The translations under genes were made by a program, and so were the position numbers. A DNA stretch of 56,371 bases, counting the filler, from Dirinaria sp. TL-2023a (lineage: Eukaryota): assembly GCA_051941275.1 (NCBI GenBank). It is 4 parts of 4 records of this genome, joined end to end, with 100 filler letters (N's around TTAATTAATTAA, not from the genome) between each part and the next. Parts side by side here need not be neighbours in the genome. Positions count along the whole stretch, not along the records: positions 14,140 to 28,157 come from JAVEBF010000631.1; positions 28,258 to 42,266 come from JAVEBF010000633.1; 2 more parts are not named here. The stretch is one strand, 5' to 3'. Each line of letters begins with the position of its first letter. Positions within the stretch are counted from its first letter, which is position 1. Below are positions 27,226-39,578 of this stretch, piece after piece. The notes beneath the pieces are model-generated. The model was not told the DNA's origin, did not search any database, and saw only the letters and a program-made list of their open reading frames with translations.

Positions 27226-28157
27226 TGTACGCAGGTGGAGGACTCAGAGGTCCTTGTTGTACGAGGAGAATTTTTGCACGTGAGGAGATAAGGTATTGAG
27301 TCCCACAATCAGGAATTATGCAAAATAAAGCAGTAACGTCGAAGCGAGGCCTTGGGATGTGGCTGGATGGAGATTCGACTAGATCCTCAAATTTTTGGTT
27401 AGTCAGAGTGTGATGATCAATGCGGACACTTGATAATAGAACCAATGTTTAGCTTGGATGTAGAAACTTGTTGCGGATTTTACTAACCTTCGGGGTTGTA
27501 GATTGAAGTCCACTACCAGCTATAGGTTCAAAGGAGGGGAAAAGAAGGTCCACACAGAAGATTGTGGATGGCCGCTGAACATCAATGGTGTCGCATTTTA
27601 GTGATTCAAAATCCCCTTGGTTCTGATCTCGACGACAATACCGCTTCTGGACAACTATATTGGAGTTTGAAATGTAGGCAGTCCGGCCTTTACGTGATAA
27701 TGCGCACGGCCGACGCAAAGTGACACTGATGCAGTGGTTGGTGGTGAAGGTTTATGGAAAAGCGGCAGACACGCAAAGGAAGTAAGCGAGTGACTAGGGG
27801 AGAACAATGTTAGAACTGGAAGGGAAGAAAGACGAGATTCTTGACTTGATCAGGCATGACCTTGGGAGGGCAGGCAAAAGAGTGGAAGTTGGTAAGGTCG
27901 GTGGGTTTTTGCTAAGCCAAGGGCAGGGAGAAGTTAGAGGCAGTTAATACCTGATACTTGGTACGCTAGAGTAAGGTACTCGTACCACGGGTAGCTCCTG
28001 TAGTACGTTTAAGTTACAAAGATGTCTACCTAGCTGACTTAGGTACCTAAGGTAGCCGAGGTACCTTAGGTATGGAGGTATGTTACTGAGGTAAAAGCTA
28101 ACGTGGCAAGCGGTCTCAGCGGTCCCTGAGTCATGATTATTACCCACTGTTATTTTC

Positions 28158-28257
28158 NNNNNNNNNNNNNNNNNNNNNNNNNNNNNNNNNNNNNNNNNNN
28201 NTTAATTAATTAANNNNNNNNNNNNNNNNNNNNNNNNNNNNNNNNNNNNNNNNNNNN
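28158..28257. other. Artificial contig linker (N44-TTAATTAATTAA-N44)
   Basis: Same 100-nt spacer as at 14040. Confidence 0.98.
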
Positions 28258-28316
28258 CCCTGAGAACCCTGGGAGGTGTTGCCCCAGGTAGTATACCAGG
28301 TGCATGCTCGTAACAG

Positions 28317-28828
28317 TCGTAGCAAAATATAAAAAATATAATACAATTAGAAAAAAATACTGAAAAATAAAGAAAAAAAAACGATATGAAAAACACTAAA
28401 TTTGAAAATATTAACGCAAACAGTAACTCTAAAAAAAAATAATTATTTTCTAAAAAAATACAAAGCTTTTAAATTAATTTGAGAAATCAATTATAGAAAA
28501 AAACGATAAAAAATATGATATATGAGTATCAAATGCATTAAATCGACAATTTCTTGTCGCAGCATGAAATAGAAGATAAATCCGGAGACGATAATGTCGA
28601 ATAAAATCGTCTCAAAAAACCAACATAATATAAATAAACAAATCGTCAAAAGAATTACGCGATTGCAGATTACACGATTTTATTTTTGAGACAGATGTAA
28701 GAAGACAAAAGTGAGACACTGAGACACTCTCATTGATTAAATAGTATGACTCATGATCGTATAGCTAGTTTTGATAGGATGGACTCCGAGTGCTTAATGA
28801 CGTAATCAATTAATCAATTAATCAATCA
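28317..28828 (+). mobile_element. AT-rich degenerate repeat relic ending in an (AATC)n tail
   Basis: Very A-rich, with no credible ORF. Ends in AATCAATTAATCAATTAATCAATCA (28804-28828), i.e. (AATC)6 with two CpA>TpA changes. Confidence 0.5.
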
Positions 28829-29158
28829 TCGATTCAAAACCGTTCTAAAACCAGGTTAGAAAATGGCGTAATGCCCGTAAGATAAGGTCGGCCCGAGGCT
28901 CTGGATTCCAATGTTCGTTGACATGCGCATAACGAAGTAGCTCTCGAGGTGGCTAAACGGTTTCGAAACAACGATACACAGCATTGTCCGATACTTGACG
29001 AGGACTGGCCTTGCATAGATTCTTATCCTTTGTGCACGTATCTGAGCGAGATGGAAACTTTCAAACCGAAGTCAGGCCAGCACTACCTCGAGCGAAAAGC
29101 GGATCCTGCCTCTAGAGATTTCCAGAACACACTCAGAAGGTAGCTCACCAAACTGAAT

Positions 29159-29836
29159 GTGGTCAAGACTAACTTCCCAGCAAGACCTCTTACATCATCG
29201 CTCGACCAGGATGAGAATTCTTCTGGATTGCAGGGAAAGCTCGCACCTTCTCGCATATACACACAGGAAACAAAGCCGGGAACTAAACACAGGACTTTCC
29301 ATGTATCTCGCGCTGTAGAGCCCACACGGTCGACAGCAAGCGCAAATGGCCACTACGACTCTCGAATTCATCCGACACAGAATAGCTACCCTTTTACGGC
29401 ATCTCGCAAGGCTAAATCCTGCGAACCTAGTCAGGGCGACCTAAATCGTGTCGCACTCCAACGTTCCGGTAGGATAACGCTTCCTCTGGAGACCAAGAAC
29501 CTCGAGCTTCTTTCGAGCAGAGGACCCTCTACAGGTCATGTCCACAAGCATGGTGGCAGCGCAGCACTCTTGCACGCTTCACGTTCTCAGCCCCATAGCC
29601 GCGACACATTATCCTATTCACGTCATGATTCTCAAGGGAATATGAAGACCGAAGCCTTTCGTCCTCAGCGGCTTACAGATGATAGCAATTGCATTGTGGA
29701 GGTTGTGGAGGAGATTGCTAAGCCAACTAGGTCACCTCACTGTCATATTCCGGGGACGCAGCAAAGACGTTCTCGAGAATTTTACAGGCCAAGTACAAGG
29801 GGTTCAACTTGGAATCCAAGGAAGATAAAGTCGTAG
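29159..29836 (+). other. Orphan S/R-rich low-complexity ORF (225 aa, GTG start); coding status uncertain
   Basis: Long open frame with a possible ACTAAC..CAG acceptor at 29180, but the nearest donor (29140) is out of phase with the upstream ATG ORF. No recognisable motif. Confidence 0.25.
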
Positions 29837-30054
29837 GGGTTAGCCATAGCAGAGATCCTTCGTGGCATAACACAAGAGATATCAGTGATATTATCGATGA
29901 AAGCTTGGGTTAGATCTCGACGATGATATTCAAGTTCGACCACATTTGTCACAATCTATGAGCTTGTTGCTCGTACACGCAAATCTACCTTCGGGTATTG
30001 CGGTATCAGATGTAGCATGTATTCTCCAATGCATGTCTGCATGCTCGCATATCT

Positions 30055-30419
30055 TACTCGTATTCATCTACTTTGTTGCCTCATCTACCTTAAGGTACTT
30101 TGTTGCGAGGGTTAGGGTTACCCTCCACCAAAATTCTTCCAACTCTAGCTTACCTTACTTACTCGTACTCACCTACCATACTTTCTTGGGTCACCTACTT
30201 TCTTGGGAGGGCTAGGGTTATTTCACCAAGAACCCCATAACCCTAAGTAAGGTAGGGTTGGAGGGATTTTGGTGGGGGTAACCCTAACCCTCCCAAGAAA
30301 GTAGGTAGGTAGGTGAGTACGAGTAAGGTAGGTTTTCGGCGTTTTTGGTATGATAACCCTAACCCTCGCAACAAAGTACGTGAGGTGAGGCAACAAAGTA
30401 AGGTAGATGAATACGAGTA
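30055..30419. repeat. Nested inverted repeat of four ~65-bp modules, each containing GAGGG(T/C)TAGGGTTA (telomere-type TTAGGG)
   Basis: 30095-30120 is a perfect reverse complement of 30354-30379. 30055-30071 pairs with 30403-30419, 30069-30083 with 30386-30400, 30194-30220 with 30279-30305 (1 mismatch), 30159-30177 with 30308-30326, and 30107-30147 with 30253-30292. Confidence 0.9.
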
Positions 30420-30801
30420 GAGGTCCTTAGAGGGAAGGGCTACGTACCTTAAGGCGTTAAGATGCTAAGGTACCTTATCTACCTTAGGTACCTACCTTGA
30501 CAAGAGCTGTAATTTTACAACAATATGGTAAGGTATTGGAATATAACATACGATTCTCTTGTATCTTTACTAGACGCTACAATGGCAGCCCAATCCTGGG
30601 GTTCATCTAGTACTTAATGTAGTGCTAGGTACGTCTTAGCAGGGCTCGAGGCAGGTCTTTCAAAAATTTCCGGTCCTTCGCAAAATCAGTACGCTTCCTG
30701 GATAGCAATAAATACAAGTGTAGCCTCTACAGTTGGCTCATGCCGTCCAAAGGATTGATGGATGCATGAGTCTAGAACGAGAGTATTGTCAAGTCTGCAA
30801 A

Positions 30802-31753
30802 ATGGAGACGATTTCTGAAATACCTTTTGGCTGCCACTATTATTCCGACCCAAAAGAGATGCCATGGGACGTTCAGAAGTGCGACTTGACTATTAAAACT
30901 TAGACTTTCCCACTGAATGGTCGGTAGGTACTGGCATCAACGCTACAGCATTTTCTCCAAATATGACGATGGTATCTGGATGACTGACGACGCATGGTTT
31001 GGTGTTACTCCAGAGCCCGTAGCGTGGTAAGAGAGCTCTTCGATCGGTATACTGTGTTACTGAACTGGCACCCAGCAAGATAGCCCAGCATGTATCTGAG
31101 GCAGCATCAGCCAAAAAAGCAGTTTTGATAGATTGCTTCGCTGGCGTTGGAGGCAACACCATAGCTTTTGCACGATCTGATCGATGGACAAGGGTGTACG
31201 CTATTGAAAAGAATCCTCACGCTCTTGCTTGTGCGAAACACAATGCGCGACTCTACGGCGTGCACAACAAAATCTCCTGGTATCTGGGGGATTGTTTCGA
31301 CATTATTTCAGGTCAACTTCGAGACCTCCACCAGTATGCTGTGCTTTTCGCCAGTCCTCCATGGGGTGGTAGGCTAGGAGTCAATCAGATGGTGCGAAGC
31401 CTCCCATGCAACGGCTGACCTCGACTAGGTCCAGGATATTGTTCGGAATCTGTGTTTGACCTTACAAGAATGCAGCCTTACAACTTGTCCGAACTCCTCG
31501 AACCGTTCCGGAAGCATTCTGACAGCGTCGCTTTGTACTTACCTCGAACTTCTGACCTAAAACAATTGGCTCGGCAACCTACGACAGTTGGCAAGACCAC
31601 AGTCATCCACTACTGTATAGAAGGCGCGAGTAAGGTATGTTGCACGCCAAGATGGAGCTTTATATTGGCCAGTATCAGTGATTGCTAAGACTTACTCAGG
31701 CCCTCTGTGCGTACATTGGTGATTTCAAATTCGATTGGCTGCACATAGCGTGA
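30802..31753 (+). CDS. TGS1: Trimethylguanosine synthase (RNA cap hypermethylase)
   Basis: Exons 30802-30878, 30928-31026, 31076-31368, 31429-31634 and 31700-31753. Motifs KYWHQRYSIFSKYDDGIWMTDDAWFGVTPE, IDCFAGVGGNTIAFA, FASPPWGGPGY and LYLPRTSD. Confidence 0.95.
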
Positions 31754-31767
31754 TATCAAGGACCCTG

Positions 31768-32500
31768 TGATTGATTGATTGATTGATTGGTGGCAGCTAT
31801 TTCCTAATTCCAAGGAGCATTTGGGTCAAAGTGTCCTCACAAACAGCTCGTATTCATGTTTTAAGTATCTTATACTGAAGTGCATGCACATGAGTGGTGG
31901 GCCATTCCCTGCGTTGTATGATACTGTCTAAGAATGGGCTCAGCCGATTCGTTCTCCTCCAGCAGCAAGCAATGAACAGTTAAACAATAATAAACAATAC
32001 ACGTAAGAGCTCGTCTGAAAAAATGAGTCCCTGATCGAAATACTGCTTGACGATCATCGCTCGTTAACGTTGGAAAAGCATAGATCATATGATCTCGCTC
32101 GTCATTGATGCGAGATAGATCCATCGGTTTAACTTGATCTCACGATTTGACTCAAACTCTTTCTCTTAGATATTTTTCTTAAGCTTAGCCGTCTCAATTG
32201 CAAAAATTCGAATTTTGTATAGTTTGAGTGACTGTCGAAGGCTCTGTCAGCCTGAATCGACTCCACTACAAAAGTGTATGCTGAATGGTTTCTGACTTGC
32301 ATTAGAAGTTGTAATGAGTTGCGGAATAAGACTGAGCTACGATGTGTTCACTTAATCAATTCAGGTATTGATTTATAGAGTGAGTGCATGTCTTTAGTAC
32401 TTGCTTGAGACTCAGGCATCTCTGTGTCTTCTGATTTCTCAAGCTTGCGCTGTGCAGCGCAGTCTGCAGCAAAATATGTTTTTGGTTATGACTGTGCACA
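31768..32500 (-). mobile_element. Possible degenerate repeat relic ending (minus strand) in an (AATC)n tail
   Basis: (TGAT)5 at 31768-31787, 14 bp after the TGS1 stop. The adjoining sequence is AT-shifted with no credible ORF. The right boundary is approximate. Confidence 0.3.
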
Positions 32501-33077
32501 CCGGTAGTAGGAGAGGCTATGACATATAAGAACTATCCAAGGTAGCCAATGTCGAGGTCCTGGCGATTTGAATGCTTGTTTCTGACGCCATTGTTGGAGC
32601 TCTTATCTCTGAAATCGAGCGTTGACGGATTAAATTATAAGTAAGTAATCTGCACCTGATCTCAGTAGAAAGCTAGAGACGATCTCGGCAAACAAGCATG
32701 ATTGCCTTATGCCAGACTGGATAAGAATCTACAATTCAGCTACAGTGGGTACTCTGAGGTGATTGGAAGGTACGTGACTAAGGTAAGGTAGGTGAGGTGG
32801 TGTTGGGAATGATTTTCAACCCTAAACCTAATATTGTTTCACTAAGGTAAAGTTAAGGAAACACCTAAAGTAAGGTACGGTAAGGTAAGGTAAGATCTTA
32901 CCTTATCTTAACTTTCATTCGTCGCACTACCTAGCGGATAGGCAAGCCATGAAATCAATGTGAGCTCACAAGAACCTCCCTTCCTGCATCCGACATCAAC
33001 CCAGGAGTAGGGGGTATACCCTCTTATCCCAAATTCATATTTCATTTCGAACGTGAAGCCAGTGCCAGAACTCTATC

Positions 33078-36000
33078 ATGCCCCATGCAACAGTGTCCCA
33101 GGATGCAGAAGACGAGAGAATCATAGCTCAAGCCCTCGATCTTGAGAATCCCTTCGATTCCCCGTTTAATGTTAATCGTGAGCTTGACACGGGAGAAAAG
33201 GCAGACGATGCGGTAGACTTCGGCGACTTGGGTGATGATGACCTGGCCGACGAAGAGGACGAGGAAGATAACGGCAGTGTGCCTGCAGAAGTTGTCAGTG
33301 GTTCGGGGGGTATCAACGGATCCTTGGACGACCTCGATTACGCCTCTGGGGAGGGACTGATTTTCGATCAAGGAGCTGGCAATGGCACCCATGGAGAGGG
33401 TGATGATGATCTCTTCGGTGAACGTTCGTCATCGCCGCTTGAGGATGGCATTTTGGTAGAGGACAGTGGCCGCTTGAGAACAGCCGCTATCACATCTGTT
33501 GGACCAAGCAAGGTTTCGGTCACTCAGACTGATCTCAGCACTCGGTCACTTCCAGATGGTGCGAAAGTACTTGAAGGCTATGATAAGGCCTATCAGACTT
33601 TGCTTCCTGTAGCTACTGTAGGCGCCAGGGATGGACTTCTGTCCAAAGAACAACAGCTACAACAAGATTTGTTTGCTATGTCAGGAGCTGTCTTTGGCAA
33701 GTTAGATTCTGTGCCAGTCATAGAAACCCAGGATGATTTATTAGCCGCTTTATGGCCTCGATTCGAGCGCGATACTGTACCTAGATTTATGGATCTGCTC
33801 CCACCCAAGAAAGCTCGTTACACTGGCAAGACACCATTACGGCGGCCAAAGCCAGTACAGCCAACGAAATTGAATTTGGAGATTGCTGGTGATCAAGAGA
33901 AAGCATTTAGGTTCTTCTCGTCAAACAGAAAGCCTCAAGAGCATCTTGGCCAAAATGGGATCATCACAATTCTGGACACGAGATCTGAAAACGAGCAGGA
34001 CGAAAATAGTGAGGATATGAATTCCGACTTCGAAGAAGAACCGGTCGGTGGTGTTTTGTGGCAAGACTTACAGCTCATCTGTGGCGATTGGGATGCACAG
34101 ATCTCGACGGATATGTCAAGTCCGGATCCATCTGAGCTCGAATTGAAGGACAAAGATGATATCTTTGTCGACTTAGTAGGAAACCTTGAGGATCAGTCGG
34201 AATTGCCATCAGCCAAGGTGAGCTTAAAGCAAGATACAGAAGAGCGCTCGCTAATTACTGATAGAGGAGGAAATTGGGATCGACTCCAAGCGAAGTCTTA
34301 CGTACTTCTCAACTCTCTTTTCCTCCTCTCCACAACCCAGAACATACCACTGCGAAGATTGCCAAAGCAGTGACTCTAGATCTAAATGATGCACATATCC
34401 TGGTTAACCTTGATCAACCCATCAAAGGACCCAAGAACGTAAATCTGAACACGCTCAAAGGCGATACACGTCGTGCTTTTCTGAAGGGATTGAATCGAAG
34501 ATACAATATATCCAATGACGAAGCGTACGACCTTTTGAAGGAGAACCATCAAAGCAAGGTCCGAAGCACTCTTGGGAGCATGGCTATAGATCATAGTCTG
34601 CCTGCTATCAAATTACAGTGGCCATTTGTAAGCATCGGACCTTTTCCATCGTATTATTTTTAAGGATGTACATTACTGACATTCTGTAGTATTCTACCAG
34701 AATGCACAAGCAGCAAGCGCGATCATTTCATAGGCCTCAAATACAGTTTGCTCGCAATGAAAGTGTCAATTTTAACAAGCCCAAAATAATAAAGAAAAAG
34801 CACCTCCGAGGACGAGACATCCACAGCATTTTCTCTTCCGCAAAGGATCTTTCCCTCGGCGACAACTCAAGCGTCCTACTGCTTGAGTATTCGGAGGAGT
34901 ATCCTATCGTGCTATCAAACTTTGGCATGGGAAATCGGCTAATCAATTATTACCGACGGCGAAACATGGATGACGTGTCAAGACCAAAACTCGATATTGG
35001 TGAGACATCGATCTTGCTTCCGCAAGACAAAAGTCCATTCTCTATATTTGGTCACATTGATCCAGGTGAGAGGACGTCTGCTTTGCATAACGCCATGTAT
35101 AGGGCACCTGTGTTCAAGCACGAGCCCAGATCGACAGATTTTCTTGTAGTACGAAATAGGAGTGGGGAAGTCGGCCATACATACTGTATGCGAAATATCG
35201 AGAACCTGCATGTAGTCGGGCAAGAATTTCCTTCTGTTGATGTCCCTGGTCCACACTCTCGGAAAGTCACGACAGCCTCGAAGAATCGCTTGAAAATGGT
35301 GTCCTTTCGACTGCTTCGTCAGAGCGATAACGGGCAGATTCCAGTAGGCGATGTTACAAAGCATTTCGGAGACAGCACAGATATGCAGGTCCGACAGAAG
35401 ATGAAAGAATTTCTCCAATTTTCTAAAGAGAGTAAAAATTGGACGATGCGTCCTGGTGAGGCAATCCCAGACGAGGACTTCATTCGGGCTATGGTCAAAC
35501 CCGAGGATGTCTGCCTTCTTGAATCAATGGAGGTCGGCCAACAGCATTTGCAAGATGCCGGTTTCAGTAAGGGGGATGAGCAGTCTGAAGATGAGGAGGG
35601 CAAAGAAGGTCAAAGTATTGAGCAGCAGCTTGCACCCTGGTATACCTCTCGAAATTTTCTTAATGCTACGCAGGGTAAAGCCATGCTTCAGTTGCATGGT
35701 GAAGGTGACCCATCTGGTCGAGGGGAAGCCTTCAGCTTCATCAAAACTTCAATGAAAGGCGGATTTAAGGCAGTCGGTGAGAGCGTTGAAGACAAAATAG
35801 ACGCTAAAAAATTAAAAGAGCTGGGTGGACATAGCTACAATGTTGCTCGGCAGCAAAAGTCTTACGAGGAGTCAATTCGTCGCATTTGGGAGGCTCAAAA
35901 GCAAAGCCTCGCATCAACAATGGAACAGTCCGACACCGAATTTGACGATGAGCAATCTGAGACTGCTGAAGAATCGGTCACTGACACTAGGACGCCGCGA

Positions 36001-36816
36001 TCTGAATTGGAAACACCATCCATAGCACGCCGACGAGACGATGAAACTACAAGCCAATTCAGTAAGATGAGCACCAACAGCCAAGCTGGCAAGATCCTCA
36101 AAATCACTCGTAAAGTTCGGAACAAGTACGGAGAAGTCAAGCAAGAGGAGGACATCATCCGTGATCCGCATGTAATTCACCATTACGTCAAGATACGGCA
36201 AGCGAAAGACATCGATAGCACCAGGTAGCTAAGCGCACGCAACTTTCCAAGATCTTTCACTCACAAATCGTGCAGGGTCGAGGAGTGCAACCCTACCGGC
36301 GATGCAGACACAGATCAACGTCGTCGGCAGAAGTAGGGCCTGCACCGATTGCTTTCTGTAGCTCTAACTAATTGATTTAGGCTTGAAAAGGAACTTTCGA
36401 GGCTTCAGCGCAACAAAGAGCGACGTCTTGCGCGTGACAAGCAGAAAGGTGTCTATACTGACGGTGCTGCTGAATCGCCAGCCTCGCCAGGCGACTCTCG
36501 AGCGGCCATTCCGGCAGTGAAGCCGGCAGGAACTCAGCGGAAGTGTGCTAATTGTGGACAAGTCGGGCACATCAAAACGAACAAAAAGTGCTTTCTACCA
36601 TCTCCTTGACGTTATACTTGACACCTTGATGAGCATCTCCTACCTTTTTTGACGCCATGGCACCCCTTTCCCCCTCTTCTTCGACCCAATTGGGCATAGG
36701 GATGAATGCTAACAGCGTCACGCTGCAACAGGCTTTGCCCTCTGCTCAACGGAACGATGAAGCAGGAGGATGGGTTCGCTGATGGTGCGTTCGCCATGGG
36801 CGCTTCAGCGTTCTAG
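33078..36816 (+). CDS. TAF1: TFIID subunit 1
   Basis: Exons 33078-34217, 34265-34627, 34690-36224, 36276-36332, 36381-36587 and 36732-36816. Motifs GEKADDAVDFGDL, YNISNDEAYDLLK, LLEYSEEYP, LHGEGDPSGRGEAFSF, GGHSYNV, and C-terminal zinc knuckle RKCANCGQVGHIKTNKKLCP. Confidence 0.96.
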
Positions 36817-38460
36817 AAGTCATCCATCCGTCTACAAGGCAGTCGGAAGCAGGACTATCCATCTCTCAGGTGTAGCACGAAATCCCAGTGCCTTGCTTGA
36901 TTGCGAATATAGGTAAAACCTGGATAAGACTATGGGGTGATGAAATAGTGTATGGTTGGAGCTAATGTAGCGCGCATTTCTGATAGGAATATGGTAGACA
37001 CTCCTCCCAGGACACCCCATCGCTTCAGAAATCAGATCCAAGCTCGATTGATCTATTACTGCGCGTTGACTCCGCCCATCACCAGGAGAACATTGCGATG
37101 AGGACTACCTTACCTGATAGAGGATACTGGTTATACGATAGCTTAGGATACAGAGGACTACGCCTGTTCGGAGCTCGCACCTGAAAAGCCGGTTCGTCTG
37201 ACCTATGTGCCCACACCTCCTAAATAAAACCACACTTATACAACCAAATGATTTGAATCACATTATACCATCACTACGCCGTGCTATAAAATCGCCCATA
37301 TAGACTTTGATGTATAAGTAATCAGATGCATCCGTTTGTAACATAATCCTAGATAATTTCAGTGGTGTAATGTTGAGATCAATAATAATCAACGATCTTT
37401 TGATATCTAAATTGAAATATTATCGTTACCGGTAATGTACCCTACCTTAGTTCATTCTCTTCAGATGATTGCAACCTTCAACATAACACCACGAAAAAAA
37501 GCTTATAGTATTCTAAAAGAGAATTGCATTTAACTGTATATGCATTGAAAATTGTGTGCGCATTTCTCTGACGTTTTGCAGCATCGCGTTGTGATTTATT
37601 AGTGTGATTTCAATGATTGAACATTCAAGTGTGGTTTTGTTTAAGCAAGCGTGAGCACCTAAGAGGACCGATTGTTCAGGTGCGAACGTCGACTAAAGTC
37701 CTCGCTGGCACAATCAATATGCTACTAGTGAGATCAACTGGAAGTCGACTTTGGCCGGGACGTGTGTTCGCCAAAGCGCATTTCGTATAGATTTACCTAA
37801 GGTGACTTACCAAGGCTTGGAGGTTGACGCCAAAAAGTTCTGGCTAGCCCATGTACGCCAAAAATGGTCGCTTAGGTAACTGCAGCTATCTATGCTTTGC
37901 ACAGAACAGCTGCACCCCAGGTAGCGAAATTGGAGCGTTCGGGCGACAATCTTAAAGTAGGTAGTCCCATGGCGACTTTCAATTGAAGCCACTTGAAACA
38001 TTGACCGCGCTAGGCAGGACTGCGGACGTGGACATAAGGTAAGGTAGGTACCTTACCTTATGTACCTTACTTACACGTACCTGACCTACTTAGGTACCTA
38101 GTACGGAGTATCTACCTTGATATATTGTACTCCAATAAGGCAGGTAATGTAGGATACATACTGTAAACCTTACCTTACCTTACCTCCGCGACCTCGGCAT
38201 GATGCGTAAGGTAGTGTGGCGGTTAGAGCCCCTTGCTGAATCCAGACAACTTCTATCCATATTGGGAAGCGGTACCTGGCGATCCCCAAGTTTATTTGAT
38301 GGCCACTACTTTTAGGTAGCCTGGAAGAGCTTTCCTCGCAATTCAATAGTAATGGGCGAAAGTGGGACCATCCTTCGCTCCCCCTTACCTTCCACGCGTA
38401 TGCCAGCGCGCTCAGCTCATAAGCGTTTGTCTCGGTGATAAGACTGCCTCCACCAAAAGA

Positions 38461-39178
38461 ATGATGGCATTGGTTATGCGTGTGCTCGTGACATTCCTGG
38501 GCGCTCTTTCAGTCGTTGCGCAGGGCTCGACCCCTACCACTCTGTCGCCGACGTCCTCGCTCACTGCACAGGCATCCGCCTCCATCGTTCTGGGTTCGGC
38601 TACGTACAGCTACCTTGGCTGCTACAATGAGACTACAGGGAACCCCGGTGTGGGCAACGTGCGAGCTTTGGCAGGCGGCAACATGGTTCGTTCATTCTCC
38701 TCCGCCACCACGGCAATTCAGCTTGCATTACATACCATGAGCTTATTTCCAACTAACCTGGACGGAACGGCTGACCGGAATTTGCTTAGACAGCATCCAA
38801 CTCGATGACCGTTGAACAGTGCATGGCCTTTTGTGGCGGCAACGAATATGCTGGTCTCGAGTACGGGCGTGAATGCTGGTGTTCGGATACCTTGAACTCC
38901 TACTCGCAGAAGCTGCCTGATCGTAATTGCTCTTTGACCTGCAGCGGCGACAAGACTGAGATTTGCGGAGGATTCTTAGTGTGCGTCTTGCTGCAGTGCC
39001 GCCGATTTTGCTGCCTGAATTCGCTAACCACCGTTGATACAGGCTAACCACCTACCAACGGAAAGCCAACGCAAAGTCGCACGGGTACAGATTGACTCAT
39101 TGGAGCGATGGGATGCTTTTATTCTTGTGTTGCTTTGCAGTGTACGCAGGAATATGGTATCCTATATCCTATTTTTGA
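38461..39178 (+). CDS. Small WSC-domain protein with signal peptide and hydrophobic C-terminus
   Basis: Exons 38461-38685, 38790-38980 and 39043-39178. Motifs YLGCYNE, RAL, MTVEQCMAFC, YAGLEYGRECWC and CSLTCSGDKTEICGG. Confidence 0.88.
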
Positions 39179-39578
39179 GGATTGCCAAGTGGTGACAATA
39201 CGCAGTTGGCGCGTGGACAGAAATCCAAACGGTATGATAGCGAAGGCAGATTTACCTTATTGACGTTTCAGCCAACTCTGCGCTAGGGCGTAATTCTTAA
39301 ACAAAGAACATTGTATGGTAACCAAATAAAAAAACGCAGTACAAGGTAGGCTCTTGTTTGTGTGATTGAAGGCTGGTGTTCTACACTCCTCAATTCGAAT
39401 CCTAAAAGACTATCCCAGATTCATCATCACCGTTCGCCCATCGGCTCTGCATTTGTTCGTGAGGGGGACAAATTTGACGAACGACTTAGATCGTGGTCCA
39501 CCTTAAAACAGAGGCAGCCTAGACCTTGCACAGAGGAGCTAAGGCGAGAAGTTTCATGTCCACTTCCAGCTATGCCGG

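Noticed and set aside
28258..28316. LTR end (..TCGTAACA) at the start of contig 3
   Set aside because: Only a short terminal motif, with no partner LTR, PBS/PPT or gag-pol remnant visible.
30238..30367. TAACCCTAA as the telomerase RNA template or a real telomere
   Set aside because: It occurs symmetrically on both strands in a palindrome, only ~1.5-2 repeats each and internal to a contig. I could not identify a pseudoknot or CR4/5 element. Not fully excluded without a covariance search.
30055..30419. CRISPR-like repeat-spacer array
   Set aside because: The context is eukaryotic, the repeats are inverted and nested, there are no regular unique spacers and no cas genes.
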